Source: Caecitellus pseudoparvulus (lineage: Eukaryota; Protista; Bigyra: Bicosoecida). Taken from it: 64,000 nt of DNA. The translations under genes and the position numbers were made by a program. This document shows positions 42,601 through 53,472 of this stretch, piece after piece. Below the pieces are notes generated by a model. It searched no databases. It saw only the letters and a program-made list of their open reading frames with translations, and was not told where the DNA came from. Numbering within the stretch: the stretch's first letter is position 1; each line of letters opens with the position of its first letter. Where the stretch lies: NCBI GenBank assembly GCA_965644315.1, contig CBFFRQ010000094.1:1-64000 (forward strand), given 5' to 3'.

Positions 42601-45600
42601 GTCTCCCCGCCTGGGGCCGTCACCCCTGGCAGGCCCCGCCCTCCTGCCCTCCCTCTCTCGCATTCCCTCTGTGGACTCCCCAGTCATGTCCCCACGCATG
42701 ACACCCCAACTGGCTGGGCGCACCAGCTCACAGGGCGCAGAAGCCCCGGAGCTCACCCGTGGGCAGTCCCACGACGCCAGCGGCGGGGATGGCATGGCAG
42801 GCGGCCTGGACTCGGTGGTGTACGGGCGCACTTCCTCCGCCAACCCCAGTGCTGGCCTGGACATAAGCAAAGCCTTCCCCGGGCAAGCTGTCATGCTCAG
42901 CGTGTGCAGTGATGCTGCTGCACTGGGGCGACTGGCAGCCCACCTGAGGCGACTGCTGGCTCAGGAGCGCTTCCCGCAGGCCCAGGCCCGCGACAAGCCT
43001 GACGCTCTGGCAGAAGGCATGCGTGTGCGGGCACGGTGGTTCGGGGGTGGCTGGTACGACGGCGTCATCGCCAGTGTCGTGCCGGCGACGCCCGCCTCCA
43101 CTCCAGCCGGCGCAGATGCAGCTCACGGTTTCCTGTACGACGTGGACTTTGACGACGGCGACGCAGAGGCGAACATTCCCATCGACCGCATTCGCATTCG
43201 CCCTGCCGGCACGCAGGCCTGGCTCCCCGCAGCATCAGCTGTGAAGGCCAGCAAACAAGGTGCCACGGGCGTGGTGGTGGCACCGCTGGATCCGGTGAAG
43301 GCTCTGGCGGCTGCGGCACCCAGCCACTCCTTGACAGCTCAACTGCAGGCTCTTGAACCAGGACACATGCCCAGCTGGAGTGTGGGCCTGCAGCGATTTG
43401 TGGGCACGTCTGGGACGGTGCTTGAGACGAAACAGAGCCATGCCGCCGTGCGGGTGCTGTTCACAGACCCTGGCGGCGAGGCGGTGGCCATGTGGGTCCC
43501 TGCCACCCTCTTAACTGCCCTCCCTCAGCCACACGTCGTGAACGCGCTGGGCAACGCGCACAAAGCCAGCCCCCGCTTCGCTCTGGAGGCCGCTGCAGCC
43601 GGCGCGGCAAGCGCGGTGGGGCGCATGCTCCTCCTCTCCCTCCCAGCGCCCACCCACCAGGAGACCCAAGACTCTGCCACTTCTGTGGCTGCCGCAGCGT
43701 TCTCAGGGGTGGGGTGGCACGGCGCCGTCCACCGCAGGGTGGCAGGGGGAATTCTACAGCAGGTGCTGCCCAGTGTGGTGCGCGCCGCTGCAGCTGACCC
43801 GGCCTGGCTCCCCGCCATGCTCCGCGACTGCACAGACGAAATGGTGGCAGGCACACAGCAGCACTGCATCTCTGCACCCAAGGGTGACAGCTCTGCCGGC
43901 GCCCTGCGGTGTGGACCTGCCTCCTCGCCACTTGCCGGCTGGTTCGTGCACTTCGGAGTGCGTGGCGTGACGGGGAGCTCCACCGACGTCCCCACTGCCC
44001 TGGCGGCATTGCTGCCGGAAGGGGCCGCGATTGTGATCGAGAGCGATGACACCGTGCATCACGCTGGTGGCCGGGTGGCAGATGTCCTGCCCCACCTCGC
44101 GTCGGCCCAAGGGTGGGTCCCAGACGGACAGGCCGGCAGCCAAGCCCTGCGGTCCATGGGGCTGCGCGGGGGAGGCACGGCGGGGCCGGGTGCACGCGAC
44201 GCCACGCACGCTGGTGTTTTGGACACCTGTGCTAGCATCGTGCTGCGTGGGCGGGTCGTGACAGTGCAGGTGCGGCTGGCTGACGGCAGCCCCGCTGACG
44301 ACGCTTCAGGAGGTGACGCCAAGGGCAGCTTGATCGCTGCGGCCGTGCCAATTCCCACAGCGCTGCCGTTTGTGCTGGCGGCTGTGCACAGGCTGGCAGC
44401 TGACACGCACGGGGTAGACTGCGCGCAAGCCGCCTTGAACCTGGCCGTGGAGCTGCTCGCATCGGCAGCCAAGCCTGGCATGCCTGGTGACATCGCTGCG
44501 GACTTTGTAGATGGTGCAGCTGCTTTGCTGCACGCAGCTGCACCTGTAGCCGCCCTGGAGGCCCCAGGCTTAGCACACGCCGTGCACGGGCTGTTCCCCA
44601 TGGCTGCCAGTGCCATGCAGGCACATGGCACACAAGTGGCGCTGCCCCTGAAGCTGACCTCCGATAGCGCAGAGCTCACCAGCTCGCTGGACGACCTGCA
44701 CGCACACGTGCGCATCCTGAAGAATGCCGCCTGGCTGACGACTGTCCCGCGTTTCGCCCAGGCGGTGTTCCGCAGCGTGCAGGCTCTGGAACCTGTGCTG
44801 GCGCAGCCACATCCAAGTGCTGTGCATGGGTTGCTGGCCACAACCCAGGCCCTCGTGCGGGGGGCTGGGCAGGTGCTAGGCTGGTTGGGGGGGAGCAGCG
44901 GTGTCGGGGAGGCCCCTGCTTGGCTGCTGCGCACTGCTTGGACGTCCGCCCACGACACATGGCACCGAGTTGTGACGGCGATGGGCCCTGAAGCGGCCGC
45001 GAAACTGTCCCGTCCGACACCGTCTGCAGCGGCAGATGTCGAGGTTGGTGATGCAGCCCCAGGCAGGGGAGTGCGCGAGGTTGGCACCCCAACTGTGCAG
45101 GCTGGCCAACCCCAGCCGTCGCCCTCCTCTGACAACTTGCAGGCAGCTGCCAAGGCCCTGTTCAGTGACTGGCCTGCAGAGGCAGATGCAGCCCTGCTTC
45201 AGTGGGCTGCTTCCCGGAGTGCCAGCAAGCGCACTGCCAGTGCTGGAGGCTCAGCGGCAAGTGGCGACGGCGCAGCAACATCGCCGGGTACGGACGAACT
45301 GCCAGGCTTGGTCCTGCCGTTCAGCGTGTTCACAGGCCTGGCCGAGGCGCCAGCCGGCCTTCCTACGGCCTCTGCGGCGGTCCTACATGCAAGGTACGCC
45401 CTGCTGTCCACTGCTACTGCTGTTGTCTTCGCAACTGTGCCGCTGGTGGTGCCGGACAAAAATTGCGCCTGGTGGACACCCGCCAAGCAGTTGACCTCCG
45501 CCCTTGCTCGCCTGGTGCCAGGCACACTCAGTGTGTGGCTCCAGAAGGCACTTCGCGACACAGCTTGTTCCACAGGAAGCGTGCGCCCCCGTGTGACCCT

Positions 45601-46870
45601 GAACCGTTTCAAGACGTCAAGTGGCGACGGCAGTGCAGGGGACATCTGGCAGCAGCTTGTGACAGGCCTGCTGAAGTGTGCACCCTCACCAGCCCAGCTC
45701 CGGCAGGTGCGTGAGGCACCTCATCTGGGCTTCGAGGTGAAGCTCACCAGTGAGCGCGTCGTGGGGGACTTGGGCCCATACCGCGAGATTCTGGACGATG
45801 TAGGGCGGGAAGTGGGGCCAGCTTCTGCTGGCGGCACGGGCGCCAGCGGGTGGTTCATGCCCACACCCAACGCCTCCGGTGCATACGGTGAGTTCAGGGA
45901 CTGCGTCATGCCTGGGCCTGGCTGCATTTTGGCTGGGCGCCTGCCTGAAGTGTGGGCTTCCAAGGCGCCCAGCGACGCCACCGGAGCGGCACTTCTCGCA
46001 GGCCTTGGAAGCCTCCTAGGAGTGGCTGTGCGCACAGGCTGCCAGGTTCCTATCCCGCTTCCCCCTGCCATCTGGCAGGTGCTTAGCGGCGGCTCCTTCT
46101 CTGGCATGCACTCCCTGTCGGGCATGCATGCGTACTTGGTGGACTCTGTCCTGCACCCACTCAGCGAAGCCGCCCCAGCTGGGCTCGATGCCGCAGGCAG
46201 TGCATCTGACGCCTTTGCGGCAACGTTTGGGGACGATCTTCCCCTGGAAGTCGACATATTCGGCACTGGACTGAGCGCGCGCTTCCTTTCTCGAGACGTT
46301 GCTGCCCCCGAAGTCCTTTCAGCTGAGCTGGCAGGCCCGTATGCGTTCTGGGTGCAGGGCGTGCATTTTGCCGCACTGCATGCTGGAACGCAGGCACTGA
46401 GGGCCGGCTTGCACTCCATCCTTCCGAAGGGTGTCACAGTGTGGAGCGCAGCCTCAGGGTTGTCCGTGGCTGTGGCAGGCAGTCCTGACGTGGACGTGGA
46501 CATGCTGGCGAGGCACACCCAGTATGCTGGGGGGGCGACTGCAACATCTCCCCACATCAAAGCTTTCTGGCGCGTGTTGAGGGAGGATTTCACCCCCGAG
46601 CAGCGCCGGCGGTTTGTTAAGTTTGCGTGGGGGCAGAGCCGGCTGCCGCCCAGCGATGCTGCGTGGGAGGCTGGCGGCTTGCGACTGCTGATCAAGTCGC
46701 CAGCGTCAGCTTCAAGGGCCAGGGGGCGCAACATTGATGGGCGCCTGCCACGCGCGGACACATGCTTTTTCAACGTGGAGCTGCCCCCGTACTCCAGCTA
46801 CGAAGTCATGCGGCGCCAGCTGAACGTTGTGGTCAGCTTGGATGCCGGACTCGATGGTGACGTCGTGTGA
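30675..46870 (+). CDS. Giant HECT E3 ubiquitin ligase (~5400 aa) with three Tudor-like, TPR-like, SPRY, PA and Mib-SH3-like domains; two probable short 5' introns
   Basis: C-terminal HECT domain: GDLGPYRE, IKAFWRVL..FT.EQRRRFVKFAWGQSRLP, and LPRADTCFFNVELPPYSS with the catalytic Cys. A 15.7-kb ORF begins at 31097, with upstream exons inferred from GT-AG pairs near 30873-30946 and 31093-31164. Confidence 0.92.
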
Positions 46871-46921
46871 GCGCCTCCCGAGGCTTGAACATGGGTAGCG
46901 TGGGGAAGCCAGGGTGGCACC

Positions 46922-48985
46922 CTACCATGTCTCGTATGATGGCGTGGGTGGGGACCTGGTGAGTTGGATCAACTTTCTCATGTAGGGGTTGGTGACCAGC
47001 ACCTGGAAGCGAGGCGGGGGGGGAAGCATAAAGGCTTGCAATGGTGCAGGGTCGAAGGCGAATTGCGCTGCAGCCCCTTTCCACGCCAGGCGCTGGACGA
47101 TTTCCATGGCACGCCGCCGAGATGCGAGGAACGGCTTGAGTCTTGAGGTGTTGGCTGCGTGTGCCCGCCGCATGTCCACACCTTCCCGGCGCCGGTACAT
47201 GATGTCCCGCCTGCCAATGCACTTGACAAGGCTGACTGGGCATGGCACTGCGTACCGGTGCATGATTTTGGCTGGGACGGTGCCATGCATGGCTGCTGCG
47301 GAGGTAGGAGAGAGAACAAGGAGCTTGCGCATGAGGCCGGACCTGTGCTCTTCCTCGGGGCGTGCCAGCCCCTTTGCCACGCGACTCAGCAGCTGAGATT
47401 CCTCCCTCTGCCACAAGAGGGTCATGAGCTCCACCTCTGCTTCCACACGAGAGCAGGCATTTCTCCAGAACGTCGAAATGCGCCGGACAGCGCCGACGTA
47501 CACTGTGAAACGCCGCGCGAGCAGCGTGCAGGGGCTAATTCGGCGCACAACATGAAGGAACGCCTGCATGATCAACGCAGCCTTGCGCCGTTTGCGGTCT
47601 CGTCGGCTGCGAACCCATTGTGCCACGCTCGTGTAGACAAGCAGGTGGGCACGTGCCCTGCGTGTTGACCGCATCGCCGCGAATCTGCTTCGCAGCCAGC
47701 GCCCGATGCGCCGGCTGGCTCTCTGCCGCTTCACAAGTTCTACAGCAGCCTTCCGCCCCGCGAGCAACGCATGTTCCCAATGCTGCGCGAGGGAGAGCAT
47801 GTACAAGCACCGCGCCCATGCGAGCTGTCGGTCATGCAGCTCACGAGCTCGCACACGACGCGCATGCTTGGCCAGGCTTGCAAGTGCCCGCTGCCGGTGC
47901 TCAAGCTCTTTAGCCTGCCTGCGCTGTGCAGCATGCTTCGCTCGCTGTGATCGTCGCTTCTTTAGTGCGATCAGTCTGGAAGCCCGTCTTTTGAGAAGGT
48001 CGCTCTCAATTCCTCTTCCCGGCCGCGTTGCAGTGCCGTGCGCCGCGACATGCCGTCCGCCGAGGCCCCCACCCAACGTCCGACCGGCGAGCGCCCCACG
48101 TTGACTTTTCGATGCCGATTTGACTTCGCAGCCTTGCTCCCCTAGCGTGCTATCGGTAGCCGAGTGCACCTCGCGCGGAACGCGCAGGGACCCGTTGGCA
48201 CGCCTCTCAACAGTGGCTTTCCCCATGGCTCTCTGATCTGCATGCCGCTTCTGCAGTCGAACAAGGTCTGCCCCCGTTTGCCTTCGCTGTGCTTTGGCCC
48301 TTGCCTCCTCAAGGAGCAGGGCTGCTTGGGTTGTTGCTGGAAGGCTTCGGCGCGAGTGCCGTGGCAGGGGCAGTCCACCTGTGACTTGATATGTAGCTGA
48401 ATCAAGTCGCGGTGCAGCTCCACTATCACTACTACTTGCAAGGTTCATGGCTATCTGCGCGAAGTTGTGCCGCCCCAGGCCTATATGCCCAAGATCCACT
48501 GTGCCGTCTGGTTCGCGCCGTGGAGGCCCCAGACTGTTGCCGAGCTCTGAAATGACGCCGTACTTTTGCAAGGCGCTGTCCCGGAGCAGAGATGCGCGCT
48601 TCATTTGCAGGGCATCGTCCCAGTAGGTTTCAATGGGAGGCGCCTTGCTTTGTGAACGCCCCCCTGCTTGCGGAGATGGGTTGGTAGTCTTCCGTGGAAG
48701 ACTGAATGCACTTCTTGCAGAGCCGGAGCGCTGGAAGTGGCTGCTCCTGCCGGTAGTTCCGCCACCTGACTTTCCATGGTGGACTGCTGGGGGTCTGGGA
48801 ATACGCACTGCAGGACGTGCTTCTGGGCTTGAACTGGAGAGCAGGGTGAGGTTTGCTGCCAAACTGCTGCTGGGCTCTGTGACAGTCTTGCCACGACTGG
48901 CTGACAGGACTGCCTTCCACAAAGGAGAAGATACTACTTCAGGTGAAATGCACTTTGCCGTGCGCTCAGCGTGGCGCGGTGGCAT
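46922..48985 (-). CDS. Hypothetical basic coiled-coil protein with degenerate IQ-like motifs
   Basis: A 2-kb ORF with Arg/Lys-rich helices: ASRRIGRWLR, AALIMQAFL, AVRRISTFWR. Confidence 0.65.
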   Translation of the reverse strand: MPPRHAERTAKCISPEVVSSPLWKAVLSASRGKTVTEPSSSLAANLTLLSSSSPEARPAVRIPRPPAVHHGKSGGGTTGRSSHFQRSGSARSAFSLPRKTTNPSPQAGGRSQSKAPPIETYWDDALQMKRASLLRDSALQKYGVISELGNSLGPPRREPDGTVDLGHIGLGRHNFAQIAMNLASSSDSGAAPRLDSATYQVTGGLPLPRHSRRSLPATTQAALLLEEARAKAQRRQTGADLVRLQKRHADQRAMGKATVERRANGSLRVPREVHSATDSTLGEQGCEVKSASKSQRGALAGRTLGGGLGGRHVAAHGTATRPGRGIESDLLKRRASRLIALKKRRSQRAKHAAQRRQAKELEHRQRALASLAKHARRVRARELHDRQLAWARCLYMLSLAQHWEHALLAGRKAAVELVKRQRASRRIGRWLRSRFAAMRSTRRARAHLLVYTSVAQWVRSRRDRKRRKAALIMQAFLHVVRRISPCTLLARRFTVYVGAVRRISTFWRNACSRVEAEVELMTLLWQREESQLLSRVAKGLARPEEEHRSGLMRKLLVLSPTSAAAMHGTVPAKIMHRYAVPCPVSLVKCIGRRDIMYRRREGVDMRRAHAANTSRLKPFLASRRRAMEIVQRLAWKGAAAQFAFDPAPLQAFMLPPPPRFQVLVTNPYMRKLIQLTRSPPTPSYETW

Positions 48986-49309
48986 TCGCAGCTCGGGCAC
49001 CGCCAGCAGAGCGTAGGCATGTGCATGAAACGCCGAGTCAGCCCAATGCGAGGTCGTGTGCATTCACCAGAATGAGGTGGTCATCACAGGCTGCGAGGCC
49101 TGAAAATAAAAAATAGCCACAATTGAAGTGCTGAGAGTCTGCTGTTGACAGGCAGGTGGGCCAAAGTAGCACGACACGCATCTTGCCCCCACCCAATGAG
49201 GCCTGGCTCTCCTTCCTGTCCCTCAAGTAGGCCTCTGCCAGGCACCAGGCATTGCCACCTGCCAGAATGACGGTGCATCACCGCCACAACGGCGCGAAAC
49301 CAACCACCA

Positions 49310-52300
49310 CTATTCCACAGGCGGGACCGGATGCGTACGAAGCGTGGATGGCACGCGCTGGCTCGATGCACTTGGGGTACCGTGGGGGGTAGTCTCTGGT
49401 GGAGCGCGTGGTGATGGCAACGACCCATGCAGGTTGAACCTGCACGTGGGGCACACATCACTCTGCTGAAGCCACTTCTTGATGCACTCTGGGTGGTACA
49501 GGTGGTTGCAAGGCAGCTGCACGACGCTTTGCCCGACTTCCAAATCCACCAAGCAAACAGCACACGAGACACCCTCCTCGGCTGCCTGGTCATCAGGCGC
49601 CGCGGCACCAGCTGGGAGCACAGCTGAGGCACTGGCTGCACTGGTAGGCCGCGAGGTCTCCACAGCGGAACCTTTGAAGGTGATGACAGGCAAGGCTTCC
49701 AGCTGGCGCTGGGATAGGCCAGGCTGTTGCTCGTGCTGAGCAGGCGCAAACTCTTGGGCTCCATCAGGGCCCCCCAGCAGGTCTGGCCGCGCCCTGAAAA
49801 CAACAACCGCTGAGAAAATGCACAAAAGAACAAGGAATGCGACGACGATGCCCACAATGGCCCCTGTGACATCCAAACCACTCCCCTCGTCAGGCGACGA
49901 GGTGGGTCCAGGCGTGGGCCCAGTGCTGGTGGAGCAAGTGGCGTTCCCAAAGCACTGGCCCAGACAATCCACATCAGCATCAGGCTCCACTCCCGTAGTT
50001 CCACCTGCACACACCTCGCAGGTGTCTCGGAATGCAGAACCAAGGCACACCCCCGCACAATCCTCCAGCAGCTCTGCGGCGGGTGAGCTCGCCAGGACAG
50101 CTCGAGCGTCGGCGTCAATGCACAGACCGCACGCAGAGCACGAGTCTGCGGCTGCCCCGATGTTGCCTGAGCAGCCACAGTCGTCAGGCACGCCATCTAC
50201 CCCCCCCGTGGAATTTGACACAAACGTGAACGTCAGGGTTTCCAGAACGAGCCCCCTGCGAAGCGCCGAGCGCCCTTTACGAGCCTGGTCTTGCACCGGA
50301 ATGTTTGGGACAACGTCGTCCCCAATGCTGAATGCAGGGCCTGCACCGCTGCCCAATGTGCCGAGTGGAAGAGCTCCTGCCTGCACTTTCCTCGCGACAT
50401 CAGGAGAATACCGTAAGCCCGACACCGTTGGCAAAACCACAGCCGCAGGGACACCTGGGATCTCCGCTTCCAAGACAAGCTCGACTGTTCTGCGTTCCGA
50501 TCCAGGTGCTGCATGCTCCTGAACAACCTGACCAAGCACCTCATCCAGCGTGGGCGTCGTGCATGTCAAGTTTGGCAAAGTGCCGGGAGCACTCCCTGCG
50601 GCGTCGCTCGGCCAGGTCAGCGCAGAAGCCCGCACTCGAGCTTGCCCAAACCGGCACCAGTAGGTCACACCAGCGTCGTGATACTGGCGCCCACCTCCAA
50701 GCGCCCAAGCAGGTCCGCCTTGGACGTCGATGCCACAGCCCATTCCAGACCAAGCGATGGTTACGCGAGTGCCACCGCCAGACGACCCACATCGCGGTGA
50801 AGCACATGCGACGCTTCCAGAGCTGCAAAACGTTGCCGTGGCGCCTTCTCTCACTGCGTCCTCGGCAAGGAGGGTTTGGAATGGAGTTGCCACGGCCAGT
50901 TCACCGACCGACGCGTTGCTCCACTCCGCCGCAGCTTTGAGAACTGATGATGCCCCTCGTGAGGTCGCCTCGACAATACCAGTCGCCGCAAAAGGGCTGC
51001 CCGGCACAGTGCCATCTCCGAGTGGCACTTGCTGCGTTCGCACGCCAGACATCCAACTGCCGATGACGGATGCGTTTGGTGGCGCGCCGTCCAAGCCCAG
51101 GCCTGCCCAACGTAATTGGACGGAGCCATCTGCTGCGATGCAGGCAAGGGTCGTGTAGTTGTCAGCATTGGATCTTCCAAACAAGGGAACCTTGGTCCAC
51201 TGCGCGCAAGCCCAATGTGGACCTTGCCGTGTGTACACCTTGGACCCTGCAGAGCTGGCAGGGTTGAAGTCTGCCACGATGGGGGCAATGAGCCCCGTGT
51301 ACGAATTGTGCAGCGTGCACTGTGGTGTGGTGATGTGGGCTTCAAACCCTGATAGGCAAGGTGCAGAGCCTGATACCGCCAAGTAGCCATTTGGAGACAC
51401 GAACAAGGTGGATACCTGCGCGCCTCCCGCGGGAAACGTGAAACCGAATGGCGCCAAGTCGAGCCGCGAAGCAGGTGCGTCATCCACGAAACTTGCTGCC
51501 GAGATGTTATCCCCAGGACTTCCGAGAGCTGCACCAGGCCCAACGGGTAGATTTGGGTTGTTGGCAGCGGGCAAAGGCAACCACGCTGAAAGGGGGGGCA
51601 GGGCTCCAGACGCAGCGCTGCCTGAGCTGGAGGCACACCGGGGAGCATCCCTCGGCGCAAACACGCAGCAACCAGCGACGCAGGAGCCTTGCAAGCACAT
51701 GTCGTACGCGACGCAGTCGGAGTCCGCAGAACAGGCTGCTTCGGCATCCTCCACATCCACCATGGCGCCCCGCGAACTCGAGACGAGACCGCCTGAGTCG
51801 CCGTCCACACGGGTGACGAGCACAGGGGAGTTTAACCCAGCTGCAGCACACCCACCCCCTGAGCCTGGGGAAACGGTGCCGCTGCCATCGGGCTGCTGCC
51901 ATGCCCCCACGATCTGCCCCGGCGCCGCAACGGAGGTGAGGGTGCAGGTCAGTCGCTGTGAAGCGCCGGCAGTGCTGGGCCCCGGCGCAAAAGGTGCCGC
52001 ACAAGGCGAGTTGCCTGCTCCGATAGAGTACTCTGGGCTCGTGCAGAGTGCTGTAACTGCGCCGCTGATCAGCGTGGAAAAGGTCGTACAGACGCCTCCG
52101 CAGGGGCACGTCTCCGAAGCCCCTGCCTGCCCGATCTGAGTTCCGTTCCGAAGCCTGCAGGCCGACAAGCAAAAGCCTTCTGGAGCTGTATCTCGAAACT
52201 GTACGCAGCGCTGCCCGACGCCACATTGAGATGTGGATGTGCACGTGGAGCAGGCCTTGTCGCATTGGTATGGCGCAGCGCACACCCGGCCGCCGACCGT

Positions 52301-53028
52301 CACTACTGTTGACGCTCCAGGAGATCCAAAGCCATTTCCATCCACAGTCAACCGGTCACCAACTCGAAGAGACTCTGGGAGAACTCCAAGCACCTCTGGA
52401 AAGACGGTGCTGGGCGCCACCAGCGCTCCCCGCACAGACCGAAGCAAGCGTGATGGAACCGGCGGCAGGCACGCAAACACTGGCCTGAGGTGTGGCTGCC
52501 CCGCCAACCACCCCTGATTTGCGAATCGAACTGCATGTGGCGTGCGCACGAAGCAGGGTGTGGAGGCATTCACAGCTCCACTGGAGGCGTGAGTGCTGCA
52601 CCACATGCCAGCTCCACAACAGCCGTCGAGCGTCACGTTGCCAGCGCCCAGGAACTCAGCCACCTGGCCTGCACCTGCAAGGTCCCAAGCCGTAGTGTTA
52701 CCAAGATCTACAGGCGAACTCGCTGCTACCAGGCCTAGTCGACCACAGGCTGCGTGCAAGAGGAGTGAGCCGCGGTGAAGGGCACACGCAGCAAGGTTGC
52801 GTTTCATGAAACTCTGGCGTGCCACTCGCAAGGTCGGCGCAAGTCTGCAGGCCACAAGAACTTACCCTCTGCAGCCGATTCACCTTCAGGTACAACATCC
52901 AAGGACTTCGCCAATACCCAGCGGTGGCCCAAGACTGCCCCCGCGGCTCGCGCTGATGCCAGTGTCGCTGCCACCAACCCAACCCACAGGCCAGTGATCA
53001 AGCTCTTGTGCTCAAGCCTGAAGCCCAT
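49310..53028 (-). CDS. Type I membrane RING-H2 E3 ligase with a ~1000-aa ectodomain (IPT/TIG, Cys-rich, NIDO-like, DCxGxC repeats)
   Basis: Signal-peptide exon (LITGLWVGLVAATLASARA) with a GTAAG donor near 52865. TM segment AIVGIVVAFLVLLCIFSAVVVF, GLS..QLEALP, and RING-H2 CAVCL..LPCNHLYHPECIKKWL..CPTCR. Confidence 0.9.
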
Positions 53029-53472
53029 GGCGACTATGCGGCCTCCGGCAGCTGCTCAAGGCAAAGTGTGAGACGCAGCTCCCACTCTCCTCGCCTTCAA
53101 AACCAAAACTTTCCTGGCCGCCTGCAACGCGAGTACCAATCACTTCTGCAAGGAGTGGCAGGTGGGAGCAGAGGACAGAGTTGTCTGGTTCATGCACTCG
53201 AGTCCAAAGCGCACCCCACAGCGTGCTCAGTTTTGACAGAATGATGCATTGTGCAGCCAGGCACAGACTTTGTCGCCCAAAGCTTTTGTGCAGGCTGGCA
53301 GAGTTGAGGCTGGCGGAGCAGCCGTGATTCAGGCACTTGAGCATCACAGTGACAGTTTGACAGAGACAGAGGGAGAAAATGCAGTCTGTTTCCTCAACAG
53401 AGTGAGGGGCAACGCTAGATGCCACCTCGGTGATCTCCACGTACGGAGAGTCACTCTTCGTTTGGGCCGTGC

